DNA of 41,776 nt, taken from Nemertoderma westbladi (lineage: Eukaryota; Animalia; Xenacoelomorpha). This document shows positions 9,329 to 19,352 of the stretch, piece by piece. Position numbers and translations under genes: made by a program. The notes under the pieces were generated by a model. That model was not told where the DNA came from and did no database searches. It saw only the letters and a program-made list of their open reading frames with translations. Position 1 is the stretch's first letter; each line of letters starts with the position of its first letter. The stretch is from the NCBI GenBank assembly GCA_032718475.1, contig JAUCBJ010001316.1, forward strand, positions 1 to 41,776, given 5' to 3'.

Positions 9329-9600
9329 GACTGATGATAACAAATAAATATTCTTAAATAAATAATATTAAATTCGAAAACAAAATAATGGTAAATGATG
9401 TTAATTGTAAATTGCAATTGAAATAATGACCTAATATATTAGTGGGGACGTATTAAATAGCAATTCGGTTAGTAAGGGAGGCCCTTGTCTCTTAAATGGG
9501 CCAATCAGAGCGCAGCAGCAGAAATGAAGCCCGATGATTGGCTGTTCGCGCAAAAGCGGTTACCAAGGCAACTTCTCCTGTTGATTCTATATTAGAAACC
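9329..9600. promoter_or_regulatory. Putative bidirectional promoter of the element
   Basis: Oppositely oriented CCAAT boxes (GGCCAATCAG ~9499-9508, GATTGGCTG ~9536-9544), minus-strand TATA-like/Inr-like pair at ~9360/9334, and a + strand TATA-like CTATATTA near 9587 just before a structured island. Confidence 0.35.
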
Positions 9601-10025
9601 CCTGTAGGCATCTTGACTAATTATGTTGAGTTGGCTGTATAACAGAAGCAGGTCTGGTGCAAAGGAAAGGGATTAGTAGAGAGGAATGCGTGATTAGTGG
9701 CGCTTCATTGTTATGATAGGGGCTGCCTGGATATAGGAAAGGGGCAAAGCGACGCCGGCTATGCCGAGAACAATGGAGGGCCGCTTGAGCATTAGCCTTG
9801 GGCGACATAGGGATTTGCTGTAGTCAAGGCCGCCTGGCGCCATTGAATAATGAAGACAAAGGGGCTGCTAACAGACGGGACCACTCATTTATAATTGCCT
9901 GGGGGGTATACGTATAGATTCACTGCCTGTTGTATCTAGTTAATGAATAATGAGGACAGAGGAGGGGCCCCCCGCCGATGAACCTAGTTGATAGTTGCCA
10001 GTAGGGAGCCGTATACCATAGCCAT
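9600..10025 (+). ncRNA. Candidate structured non-coding RNA 3 of the element, divergent from pPolB
   Basis: GC-richer island: AGTGGCGC 9696-9703/GCGCCATT 9837-9844 enclosing CTTCATTGTT 9703-9712/AACAATGGAG 9769-9778 and GCCTTG 9795-9800/CAAGGC 9825-9830; GGTATACG 9905-9912/CGTATACC 10010-10017. G-U wobbles favour the + strand. No credible ORF. Confidence 0.35.
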
Positions 10026-10263
10026 TATAAAGTTAAAAATAGATATTATGTCATAGTGATCTCGTTGGTAATATAAAAACTAATTAATCTAAAAATAGAA
10101 ATCAATGTATAAAGTAAAAGTAATACAAATATTTAATATAAAATAAAGTACAAATGAATAAATAAAGTAAAATAGAATACAAATAATTAATTAAAATTAG
10201 GTACAAATAAATAGATAAATTGAAAATAACAAAGTTAGAGAAGATGTTAATTTTCAGATAATA

Positions 10264-10276
10264 CGCCCTCTAGCGG
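10264..10276 (-). promoter_or_regulatory. CTCF-like motif in the element's subterminal region
   Basis: Minus strand CCGCTAGAGGGCG closely fits the CTCF core consensus; motif match only. Confidence 0.35.
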
Positions 10277-10602
10277 CAGACTATGGAACTGCAGGCGGTT
10301 GGATATAGGTAAGAGTAATTAGTAATCAGAGCTGTCACGGGGTGGGGGGCAGGGGCGCTTGGATACAACTATCATTAATATGCTGTTGCTTGGTTAAAGC
10401 TAATTGGGGGGTCAAAGGTCAACGATAAAGCTGTCTGGAGTAATTAGTTACCAGTAAGGGAGCTGTATACCCATAAAGTACAAATGAATAATTAATTTAG
10501 AATTAAATACGAATAAAATAAAATGCAAATAATTAATTAAAATTAAATATAAATAAATAAGTATTAATGAATAAAAGAGCTGCGGTGTCACTTATGACAC
10601 CC

Positions 10603-10920
10603 TCTTGAGCCGGCTCTGCGACAGTTGGACAACACTGATTGACCCATTGTGTGTCAGGGCGCTAATCAGTCTGATTAATTAGGATAATCAATTAAACCCT
10701 AATTAGGAGTCATATGACACCTGTTAGGGTTTAATTGTACTAATTAATTGATGACACCTGTCAATTAGGGTCTAATTAGCCTAATTGGGAGGTGTCACCC
10801 AGACAGTCTGGCGCCAATGACACCCAATGACACCCATAGGGTGATAATTGGGTGTCATATGACACCCAATGGGTGTCAGTGGGGTCCAACTGTCGCAGAG
10901 CCGGCCAAGACCCTACTACT
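10603..10920. repeat. Terminal palindromic region of the Polinton-like element
   Basis: Perfect 22-bp inverted repeat GCCGGCTCTGCGACAGTTGGAC 10609-10630 / 10884-10905, extending imperfectly inward and outward. Interior is rich in TGACACC/GGTGTCA and TAATTA motifs; ends ACTACT. Confidence 0.85.
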
Positions 10921-11049
10921 CCTAAATGCTCCTATATAGCCTAAATGCTCCTATATGGCCTAAATGCTCCTATATGGCCTAAATGCTCATATATGGCATA
11001 AATGCTCTTATATGGCCTAAATGCTCCTATATGGCCTAAATGCTCCTAA
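10921..11049. repeat. 19-bp minisatellite (CCTAAATGCTCCTATATGG, ~7 copies) abutting the element end
   Basis: Direct tandem copies seen. Confidence 0.92.
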
Positions 11050-11864
11050 TTTGCTCAGTCGTTCGTTAGAGGGTGAAATATCTGAAATCTGCGAATATGT
11101 ACTATAGACTAGTCTTTAGGTCGTCTTTCTGAGCCCACTGATCTTTATGCAGTTCTTCAGTCTACCGCTAAATGGCGAAATGTCTAAAAGTGAGAAAACC
11201 TTGAAATCCTTCCCCATTTATTTGTTGCTTACAAGGACTACTATACTACTATACTATACTATACTGTAGTATAGTAGTCCTTGGTTGCTTATCCTTCAAG
11301 GTGAGACTGCAGGATATGTAAGCCTTAGACGACAAAATTTCAGTTAAGTGAAATATTTTGAGAAATAAATTTGTTGTGCTTTTGTTCTTGTTCTCTTTGA
11401 AAAAAGATTCCTCGTGTCCACTTGCATACTGTAATTGCACTAATACTCCACTCTCTGACCCACTGGACATGGACAACCATCTCTGAGTGAAGATTATGTG
11501 TGTGTGCTTTGTTCCATCTGTGTGGTGCTGATACGAGTTTCAAAGAAGGGAAGCCGAAACCCCTGGTCATATCTCGCTTGCTGCAAAATTATTCAACCGA
11601 ATAATGTTGAATCGCCGAAACAGAATCGCCGACAGAAAGACTCTCGCTGCGTGGGAATCAGAATGGGTTTCGAAAAGTAGAGCTACAGTAACTTTTGAGC
11701 CAATTCTCGCACTTAAGAACTATTATCAATTAGACATTTAGATTCAATTTATATTCAATTTAGATTTCAATTAGACATTTGGCTGTCATTTCAAGGCCTT
11801 CGATTCTGTGTCACGCCCACGCGTGTTGAGAATTCTTCAGGCATATGGGATTCCCAATATTAAG

Positions 11865-11985
11865 GCAGCCTCAATGTTAAAAATGGAAAGGAGCAGGTTA
11901 CAGTGACACTGTAACCGTTACCGTGACACGTTATCTTAAACAAAACAATAAACTAAACACAATATAGAACAGGTTACCGTTTTAA
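11865..11985. repeat. Dispersed host repeat fragment; related inverted copies at ~35780-35845 and ~37920-38020
   Basis: CCTCAATGTTAA...GAGCAGGTTACAGTG...AAACAATAAA...AGAACAGGTTAC is approximately the reverse complement of 37920-38020 (GTAACCTGTTCT...TTTATTGTTTT...CACTGTAACCTGCTC...TTAACATTGAGG). Confidence 0.6.
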
Positions 11986-12614
11986 TTTTGAGAGTAATCA
12001 GCTGTTATTTGCGTCGAATTTCCCCCGGAGAGTGATGATTTTTTATTGCGTCCAGTCCCCCCCCCCCCCCCCCCCTCCCCTATCTGTTCACGACACATCA
12101 TCAGATTTAACAATCCGCACACAGGTTACTCCAGTATTTCTGTCACTATATTTAGAAACAATTTCTGGCTTAACAATAATCTATCATCGTCATCCTCTAT
12201 AATAATGGGCCTCTTCTCACCCAACTACCAGTAAAGATACAGATTGATTAACTGATATGAGTTTATATGGAGTGACAAGCAATGATATAAAAAATATTAT
12301 TTCATAATCTTATACAGACACATATTTTACCAAACACAAAATGTGGTCAACAGAAACTATATAATCTGTAGGCTGTCTGGGTGGTTCACAAAATAATCCA
12401 ATGTTTAGTAATAAATGATACCATTCGATAAGTTCATGGTGATAAACTTATTTGCGTAATTTAACTGTCGATATTTAAGTGAAAAAATATATAATTTCAT
12501 GGGAAATAATGTATTCTAAAGATGTGGTTTCTTTAGAATATATAATAATGTTTTGTAAGAAAAGTGGGAAACTGGAGGCAAAAATAAAACTGTTTAGTTT
12601 AATTTGAATTCCAA

Positions 12615-12712
12615 GAATAATTAATTAATTAATTATTAATAATTAATTATTAATAATTAATTAATTAATTATTAATAATTAATTAATTAATTATTAATAA
12701 ATAAATTTATAA
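12615..12712. repeat. AT-only low-complexity microsatellite (TAAT/TAATTAT)n
   Basis: Seen directly. Confidence 0.85.
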
Positions 12713-14214
12713 TGATGTTCGAGAACATTAAATAATTATCAATAATTTTAACAATACATAAAACAACGAAACTGATATTATTTACCGCATATATACAAAA
12801 TAATAAAAAGTATTATAATGTACCAAAGGGAAATAATACAGGAAAATACAGCATAGCACAATAATTATATATTAAAGGATATGCCTACCCGGTAACTGCA
12901 AAGATAAACAAGCTGGCAAGCCTGGAGGGTTCACGGTCCTCCTACTTAATCAGTACAATAATAATACGTTTTCGTTCGGGTAGGCCTATGTTTCCTTTTC
13001 ACTTGTTCCCATTGTAGGCGACCTCATGCTCATCCCACCACGACCACGACCACCAGTTACGAGTTGGGTAGGCGTCTACCGGCAACCGGTAAGTAATTAC
13101 GCGCCACACGACGTCATCCCGCCATCCGCCAACATTTATACCGGTACGGTAAGCCTACCACCTACCGGCTGGCTACCATCGCACCGTAGGTCTACCGTTC
13201 CGGTACTGGTACCATATGCATCTGAACGACTGGACGGTTAATCTCATAGCATAGCTGCATAGGCCTACCGGTAGTCAGTGCGAAGTCGCCTGCGAACATG
13301 GCGAAATATTATATTCACTGCTAGGGCTAGGCTAGGACCTACCAGCCTACTGCTGTACTGACCTATGACAGTATGAAGATAGGCAGATAGGCCTACAGTG
13401 GTCAGGTAGTACCGGTCCGGTATGCCTACTACAGGCAGACAATCAGACAGTACTAGCAGTGCTAATTAATTACCTTAATTAAATCTTCAATTAGGTCATA
13501 ATGTAGGTCCAAATTTAAAAATCGGCCTCCGTTAATCGATTTAGAAATAATTCAGGTACCTCCATGCCAAATATCAGAATCATTCATTGCGTTCCCTGTG
13601 ACAAGATAGCTTTTTTATTAAACCATGCGAAAACACGCAAATATAGCGCTCACATCGCACAAATACCATCTCGACACCCAATTTTTTGTATGAGCCTTCG
13701 CCATCCCTATATCTAACTTTTGTCCAAATTTTGTTTCGATTGATTAATAAATAACTGAGATATCGCTCTGGACACACACACACACTAACACACACACACA
13801 CACACACACCTATACGGGTTAACTATGGATTCTGTGGACAAGCTCACAACCAAGGGATCTGTGGACGTACTTATTTATTAAATATCTAGAGAACTATCCA
13901 ATGAAAATCCTTCAAATTTTCAAATTAGCTTCCTAATAAGTAATGGGAAATGTTTACTTTTCAAAATTTAAAATTTTTCCAATATTTCAAAAATCATTTT
14001 TTTACATTCACTGTGCGGACATTGCTTTTGGTGACGTCATAATTATGTGTGTTGTGCCTGAGTGTGTTTAGTGATGTCCACAAACCCCAACTGGGGTCAA
14101 GACACATACGAAAATTAATGTCCACATTCCACAACTAGTGTAACACATACAGTATATGGGAAAGGAAACTGAAATGCTTTGTTTTTATGCAACTTCATGG
14201 ATATGATTCTAGTA

Positions 14215-15030
14215 ATTGGATTACTTCCAGGTCAGTCCATAGAGATAATGTTCTTTTATTGTTTTTATACACTCGTGAATAATTATTGTAAAAGTTAATA
14301 TTTTCCTATTAGTTACCTAAGGACTATTTGTGGTACAAGTTTCCTTAGTTCACTCAGTTACTATAACAATGGGTTATCATTTAGTCGATAGCGATAGCGT
14401 TGAACAATCCCGCCTGTAAAGCAATGCATACAAGTTAGCATGTAGCAATTTGTTTTGAAAATACTTTGCAGTCTCAAGAAATATACCGTAATACTGCCAT
14501 CACTGCTCAAAATATTATTTTTTTCTGCGGGAAGACTAATTATCTTTAGGTTGTATATCAAATAGAGTGGCGCACAACAATTAATGATATAACTCTTATC
14601 ATTCAATTATATTAATTATGAATTGTATGCCTTAAAATTATTTGGACCCTTCTACAGTACTTATTATAAGAGCAATAGACGCTAAGAATAGGCCTTATAT
14701 AATAATTTAACGAAAACACACCATTCTAAATACTGCCCCTTGCGCACATCTGGGGACATTAGTTTTTGTATTGTTTTTCTGCAGGCCATACGGTATGTAG
14801 TTGCAATGGACATTAAGAAAATTTTTTATATATTGACGAAAACACACCGTTCTAAATACTTCCCCTTGCGCATATCTGGGGACATTAGTTTTTGTAGTGC
14901 TGGGAGTATTATACTGTATTAGGTCCTACGTTTAGTTGCAATGAATGTTAAGAATATTTAATATATTAGCAAAAACATACCATTGAAAATACTGTCCTTT
15001 ACGCACATCTGGGGACATTGGTTTTTGTAT
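14215..15030 (+). repeat. Left arm of a long inverted repeat, containing ~121-bp tandem subunits
   Basis: Reverse complement of ~21345-22340 (e.g. TTTATTGTTTTTATACACTCGTGAATAATT vs AATTATTCACGAGTGTATAAAAACAATAAA); subunit core GCGCACATCTGGGGACATTAGTTTTTGTA x3. Confidence 0.85.
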
Positions 15031-15205
15031 AGGTGAGTCCTATATATGTCCTGGAATATAGTGTCGTCATTCAGGTCCCTGCCCCCCCCCCCCCCCCCCC
15101 CCCCCCAGGGTTTAGGGTTTTTTCTAAATATGTTAGGGAAATTTATAAATGAAAATAGCGACTTCTAAATTTTTATACTTGTTTAGAAATTGGTCACATA
15201 GAGAC

Positions 15206-15426
15206 TGTTAGGCGACCGTGTAGTGGTCGGTAACAATGTTCAGTAGGCCACTGTCTGTACGTGACAGCAATGTAGGCCTGTCTGTCTGTGGTGTAAGAAA
15301 CAAGATGTATGACATATGACAGTCTGTACTTCTATTCTGACAGTCTACTGTAATTATGTTACACAGTAAGCTGCACGGTACAAAGGTGCTATATTATGTT
15401 AGGTCCTCATTCCTAGTATCCTAACA
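15206..15426 (-). repeat. Complete 3' LTR (221 bp)
   Basis: TG...CA with 7-bp terminal inverted repeat; 15298-15426 matches 19224-19352 with one mismatch. Confidence 0.93.
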
Positions 15427-15578
15427 TCACCCCCACACAAAATGATTTGTTATACTGTATGTATAATAAAGTTTTGAATTATGGGTACTCTACGTATCTC
15501 GAGTTTATCCACACATATAATTCTTCAACCAGTATATGTTGTTATATTTAGTTCGAGTTCGTATAATTATTGAATTCA

Positions 15579-18500
15579 TCAAACAGTATATTGTTTCCCA
15601 CTTCGCAATGTTTTTATTACTTGACCTTGACCTTGAGTCTGTCCCGGTTCCCGCGTTGCTGGATACTGAGATTGTCCCTGCGAAATAGGATCAACTGAAG
15701 TACCTTCCTGTGTGGATCCTTGGGTCGGTTCCATGATGTCACCACGTCCTGTTGCTAGTGGTAGACCGCCGGTTGGTACTCTTTTACCACTTCCGACACT
15801 GGGACCTGCTCCAGCGTGACGGCTCATCGTAGTAGTTGGATTCGAATTGGTAATGGATGTGGTACCTTCTTTGTCATTCCATGGGTTGTATCGACTCCTT
15901 ATTTGGTTAACATTGCGTTTGACCAAAATATCACCAACTTTAACCATGTATACTCGCGATCCAATCCTTTTTATTATTCGTCCCGGGAGCCACTTTACAA
16001 TTATTTGCCCCCTACCCGGTCGACTATAGTTTTTTATCCAGACCGCTTCACCGATCTCGAATTTTCCACTTGTTTCGTCGCTTTTGTTACTCGTCACTGG
16101 ATATTCCAATAACCGTTCTAACCGAGTCTTTGTAGGATATTGGAAAATTGATTCGTTCGGGGTTTTTCCTCTTGGTGTGTACAGTGAATTTCTATCCTGC
16201 ATTAGGAAATTACTGATCTTATCTTGTATAGTATCGTTTTCGATACTGAACTTTTGTTTCTTCATCGAGTTCTTTATACTTTGCACAGTTCTTTCAGCAG
16301 CACCATTTGAAGTTGGTGAATAGAATGCGGAACTCCAATGAGTTATACCGTTGTCTGTAAAGAAACTTTCTATTTCTGTTGAAATGAACTGTGGTCCATT
16401 ATCACTAAATATTATCGCCGGAATTCCTGTAAATGCAAACATATTTTTCATTTCTGTTATAATTGTAGAAGACTTTGCATTCTTTAATACTCTGGCATCT
16501 TTCCAACCAGAATACGTATCAACCATACCTAAAATCGTATGTTCTTCGAAATCTGCTAAATCTGTGTGAATTCGTTCAAATGCTGCCTTAGCTGTTGGTA
16601 ATGACACATATTCTTGAGGTGGACTGTTGGCGAATTGTTGACATGGTGTACACTCTTTGATGAATAACTTTATATCATCTACTATACCAGGCCACCAACA
16701 GATGTCTGCTGCTTTTGTGAGCATTCTTCTTTCTCCGATGTGTGCGGAATGTAGTTCCTTCATTACATGTGCCTGTAAGCTGGATGGTATTATAATTCGA
16801 TTGCCACGCATAATTATTCCTTCTTTGATTGTAAGTTCAAATTCAATAGCTTTGTAATGACGTAACTCAGGATTATTTGTTTGTATCTTTTCGCCATATT
16901 CGACTGTGCGTTTCAAATGACGTAATCCCGGATCAGCCTCAGTAGCATCTTGTAATCCTTGTTTGGTTAAAGGAATGTCTACTATGTTTTGTTCCTGTTG
17001 TAAGTCCATAGCTCGAATGTCTATATCTGATTTATCCTTGTAAATATTATCTTTGGTTGCAGGTGTAAGTCTTGATAATGCATCAGCAATATTCTCTTCT
17101 GAACTAATAGCTGTAACTGTGTAGTTATGAGCTGCTAGCTCAACAGCCCAGTGTTGTAACCTTGAAACAGTCGTAGCAGGAAGCGCTTTTAATGGACCAA
17201 ATATTCGTTTGAGTGGTCTGTTATCGGTAACGATTGTAAACTTATGACCGATTAAGAATTGCTGGAATTTTCTTGTACCAAACATTATAGCAAGTGCTTC
17301 CCTGTCGAGCTGGCTATATTTTCTCTGATGCGTATCAAGTGTAGCTGATGCAAAAGCAACTGGTGTGAATTCACTTTTCTCATTAATCTGCCCCAATATG
17401 GCAGATACAGCCTTTTCAGACGCATCGGTGATTAATTCCGTTTTCATCGATGGATTAAAGTGAACCAGTAGTGTACAATTCGATATGGCCTCCTTCACAT
17501 TATTGTATGCATTGTTGGCTTCTTTTGACCATTCAAATGGTGTATCTTTCTGTAGTAATTTGTACAATGGGTTGGATATCTCCGCGTATTTGTGTACATA
17601 CTTCCGTAAGTAATTCATAAAACCCAATGCACTTTGTAATTCTTTCTTTGTGGATGGAGGTTTCATATCCCTGACTGCTTGTACCTTCTTTGGATCTGGC
17701 AAAAATCCTTTGCTTGTAATTATATGCCCACAGAATTCCACTTCTGACTTCACAAATGAACATTTCTTCATTCCTATAGTAAGTCCAGCTTCCCTGAGTG
17801 CTGTAAACACTGTCTGGAGATCCCGTAAGTGCTCTTCCATATTGTTAGAAGCTATTAGAAACTCGTCCATGTATGATACTGAAATGTATTTGCTCAATGT
17901 ACAATGAACAACTTTAAGACATTTGGCTGCAGCGGGAGTGATTCCATATGGCAACCTTGTAGGTTTTAACAATCCTAATGGTGTCGCTAATGTAAGCAGC
18001 GCTTGGCTTTCTTTATCGATTGGCAATTGGTTGTAAGCTTGTGCCATATCCAACTTCGTAAAAATTGTCTTGCCCTGCAGTTTGGCGGACATTTCCTCTT
18101 GAGACATTAAAGGGAAATAATCTTCTATGAGGTACTGATTTACAGTGCTCTTATAGTCCCCACAGATTCTGACGGATCCATCGTTTTTAGGCATAATTAC
18201 TAATGGTGTAGCCCAATCAATGTTTTCTCCCTCATCTGTATGTACTAGACGTCCTTCTTTTATGTCAATCTTTAATTGTTCTATGACTTTATCCTTGTAT
18301 GCATGTGGGACTGATCTTGAATGAAGGAATTTGGGATTTGTGTTTGATGTTTTGATCCTAATTTGTAAAGGTTCTCCCTTATAACATCCCACACCAGTTA
18401 GAACCTCTGTAAATTCTTGTAACATGGTTTGTAACCGATATGGTAAATCTTTCGTGTCGAACTGAGTATTTTGGGTTTTAATATCCTGTTGTAACAACTC

Positions 18501-19241
18501 ATCAATACTAGTTCCGCGGTGCACTAAATGTTGTAGCCAATATAGACCAAATAATGGTGAATTTTCGGTTTCACTCTCCTCTGCAATAATTAGCGGCATA
18601 TTTTCTAACTTTGCCACATTTGTACCTGGGAATTCAACCACAACGTAAATGACTCCCTTGATCCTGGCAGTTCCTTTGCAGTATCCACGTAATTTTGAAG
18701 GACAATCATGTAATTGTATATCTTGGAACTGTTCAATGTATTTGTTGTATGGTAATATGCTATGCTTAGCACCAGGATCGAATTCCATTTGTATTTTCTT
18801 ATTATTTATAAGAATATCTAGTTGAATCGAATTAACTTTGGGTAAAGTCACTGTATTAATCTCAACTTCATTGCCTAAATCTTGTAAAATATCTGTATGT
18901 TTCATGAATAAATCGTCATTGTGCTCTCCTTCATCTATGTCAACCATTCCAACTGAGCCTCTTTGACTGTTTGGCTTAAACTGATTAGATCCGGTTGCAT
19001 TACGTTTTTTAAAACATGCCGTTTCAACATGTCCCTTAGCTTTGCAATATCGGCATATGATATGTTCTGGCATTCTGCATTCTGTAATTTTATGGCCTTG
19101 TTTTCCACAACGGTAGCAAGTAATCTGCCTACTTTGACTAACCTGCCGTGGTTGTGAAGTATATGAACTTGAACTACCTCTGCTAGTTCCTCCACGGTAT
19201 CCTACACGACCCCGGCTGTTTCCAAACAAGATGTATAACAT
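15579..19241 (-). CDS. Gypsy gag(NC)-pol polyprotein: two zinc knuckles, aspartic protease, reverse transcriptase, RNase H, integrase; probably defective
   Basis: CYRCGKQGHKITEC and CRYCKAKGHVETAC; protease FDPGA; RT WATPLV..KNDGSVRICGDYK, KLDMAQAYNQL, LPYG, YMDE; RNase H TDAS, REALA, TDNRPL; integrase HSAH..CTPC, IHTD, SDNGPQF, SNGAAERTV. YMDE and DPG deviate from catalytic YxDD and D[TS]G. Confidence 0.93.
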   Translation of the reverse strand: MLYILFGNSRGRVGYRGGTSRGSSSSYTSQPRQVSQSRQITCYRCGKQGHKITECRMPEHIICRYCKAKGHVETACFKKRNATGSNQFKPNSQRGSVGMVDIDEGEHNDDLFMKHTDILQDLGNEVEINTVTLPKVNSIQLDILINNKKIQMEFDPGAKHSILPYNKYIEQFQDIQLHDCPSKLRGYCKGTARIKGVIYVVVEFPGTNVAKLENMPLIIAEESETENSPLFGLYWLQHLVHRGTSIDELLQQDIKTQNTQFDTKDLPYRLQTMLQEFTEVLTGVGCYKGEPLQIRIKTSNTNPKFLHSRSVPHAYKDKVIEQLKIDIKEGRLVHTDEGENIDWATPLVIMPKNDGSVRICGDYKSTVNQYLIEDYFPLMSQEEMSAKLQGKTIFTKLDMAQAYNQLPIDKESQALLTLATPLGLLKPTRLPYGITPAAAKCLKVVHCTLSKYISVSYMDEFLIASNNMEEHLRDLQTVFTALREAGLTIGMKKCSFVKSEVEFCGHIITSKGFLPDPKKVQAVRDMKPPSTKKELQSALGFMNYLRKYVHKYAEISNPLYKLLQKDTPFEWSKEANNAYNNVKEAISNCTLLVHFNPSMKTELITDASEKAVSAILGQINEKSEFTPVAFASATLDTHQRKYSQLDREALAIMFGTRKFQQFLIGHKFTIVTDNRPLKRIFGPLKALPATTVSRLQHWAVELAAHNYTVTAISSEENIADALSRLTPATKDNIYKDKSDIDIRAMDLQQEQNIVDIPLTKQGLQDATEADPGLRHLKRTVEYGEKIQTNNPELRHYKAIEFELTIKEGIIMRGNRIIIPSSLQAHVMKELHSAHIGERRMLTKAADICWWPGIVDDIKLFIKECTPCQQFANSPPQEYVSLPTAKAAFERIHTDLADFEEHTILGMVDTYSGWKDARVLKNAKSSTIITEMKNMFAFTGIPAIIFSDNGPQFISTEIESFFTDNGITHWSSAFYSPTSNGAAERTVQSIKNSMKKQKFSIENDTIQDKISNFLMQDRNSLYTPRGKTPNESIFQYPTKTRLERLLEYPVTSNKSDETSGKFEIGEAVWIKNYSRPGRGQIIVKWLPGRIIKRIGSRVYMVKVGDILVKRNVNQIRSRYNPWNDKEGTTSITNSNPTTTMSRHAGAGPSVGSGKRVPTGGLPLATGRGDIMEPTQGSTQEGTSVDPISQGQSQYPATREPGQTQGQGQVIKTLRSGKQYTV

Positions 19242-19352
19242 ATGACAGTCTGTACTTCTATTCTGACAGTCTACTGTAATTATGTTACACAGTAAGCTGC
19301 ACGGTACAAAGGTGCTATATTATGTTAGGTCCTCATTCCTAGTATCCTAACA
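19224..19352 (-). repeat. Truncated 5' LTR (129 bp)
   Basis: Near-identical to 15298-15426; joined directly to gag coding sequence at 19223. Confidence 0.93.

Larger units (their letters stand above)
1..10920. mobile_element. Right-hand part of an integrated Polinton/Maverick-like element (endogenous pPolB-encoding DNA virus/transposon); other end lies outside the window
   Basis: Encodes a full-length protein-primed PolB. Ends in ...CCCTACTACT at 10920 (5'-AGTAGT on the minus strand, a typical Polinton terminus) after a long terminal palindrome; sequence switches to an unrelated 19-bp minisatellite at 10921. No integrase, capsid, ATPase or adenain-like protease ORF is visible here, so the family call rests on the polymerase and the terminus. 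Confidence 0.78.
15206..19352 (-). mobile_element. Ty3/Gypsy LTR retrotransposon (Mag-like), young, with an internal deletion of the inner 5' LTR, primer-binding site and most of gag
   Basis: 5-bp TSD GAGAC at 15201-15205 and 19353-19357; termini TGTTAGG...CCTAACA; PPT-like GTGTGGGGGTGA next to the 3' LTR; pol order PR-RT-RH-IN. Paired CCHC knuckles and 5-bp TSD suggest the Mag clade. Confidence 0.95.

Noticed and set aside
15083-15106. Poly-C/poly-G runs (also ~12057, ~26730, ~36203, ~39343) as functional G-quadruplex elements
   Set aside because: Simple homopolymers scattered through the window with no positional pattern; lengths are error-prone.
15816-19195. Short antisense and alternate-frame ORFs within the Gypsy pol
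   Set aside because: Shadow ORFs without motifs.
15579-19241. Domesticated (host-co-opted) Gypsy gene
   Set aside because: Near-identical LTRs and an intact TSD indicate a recent insertion; no evidence of long-term retention.
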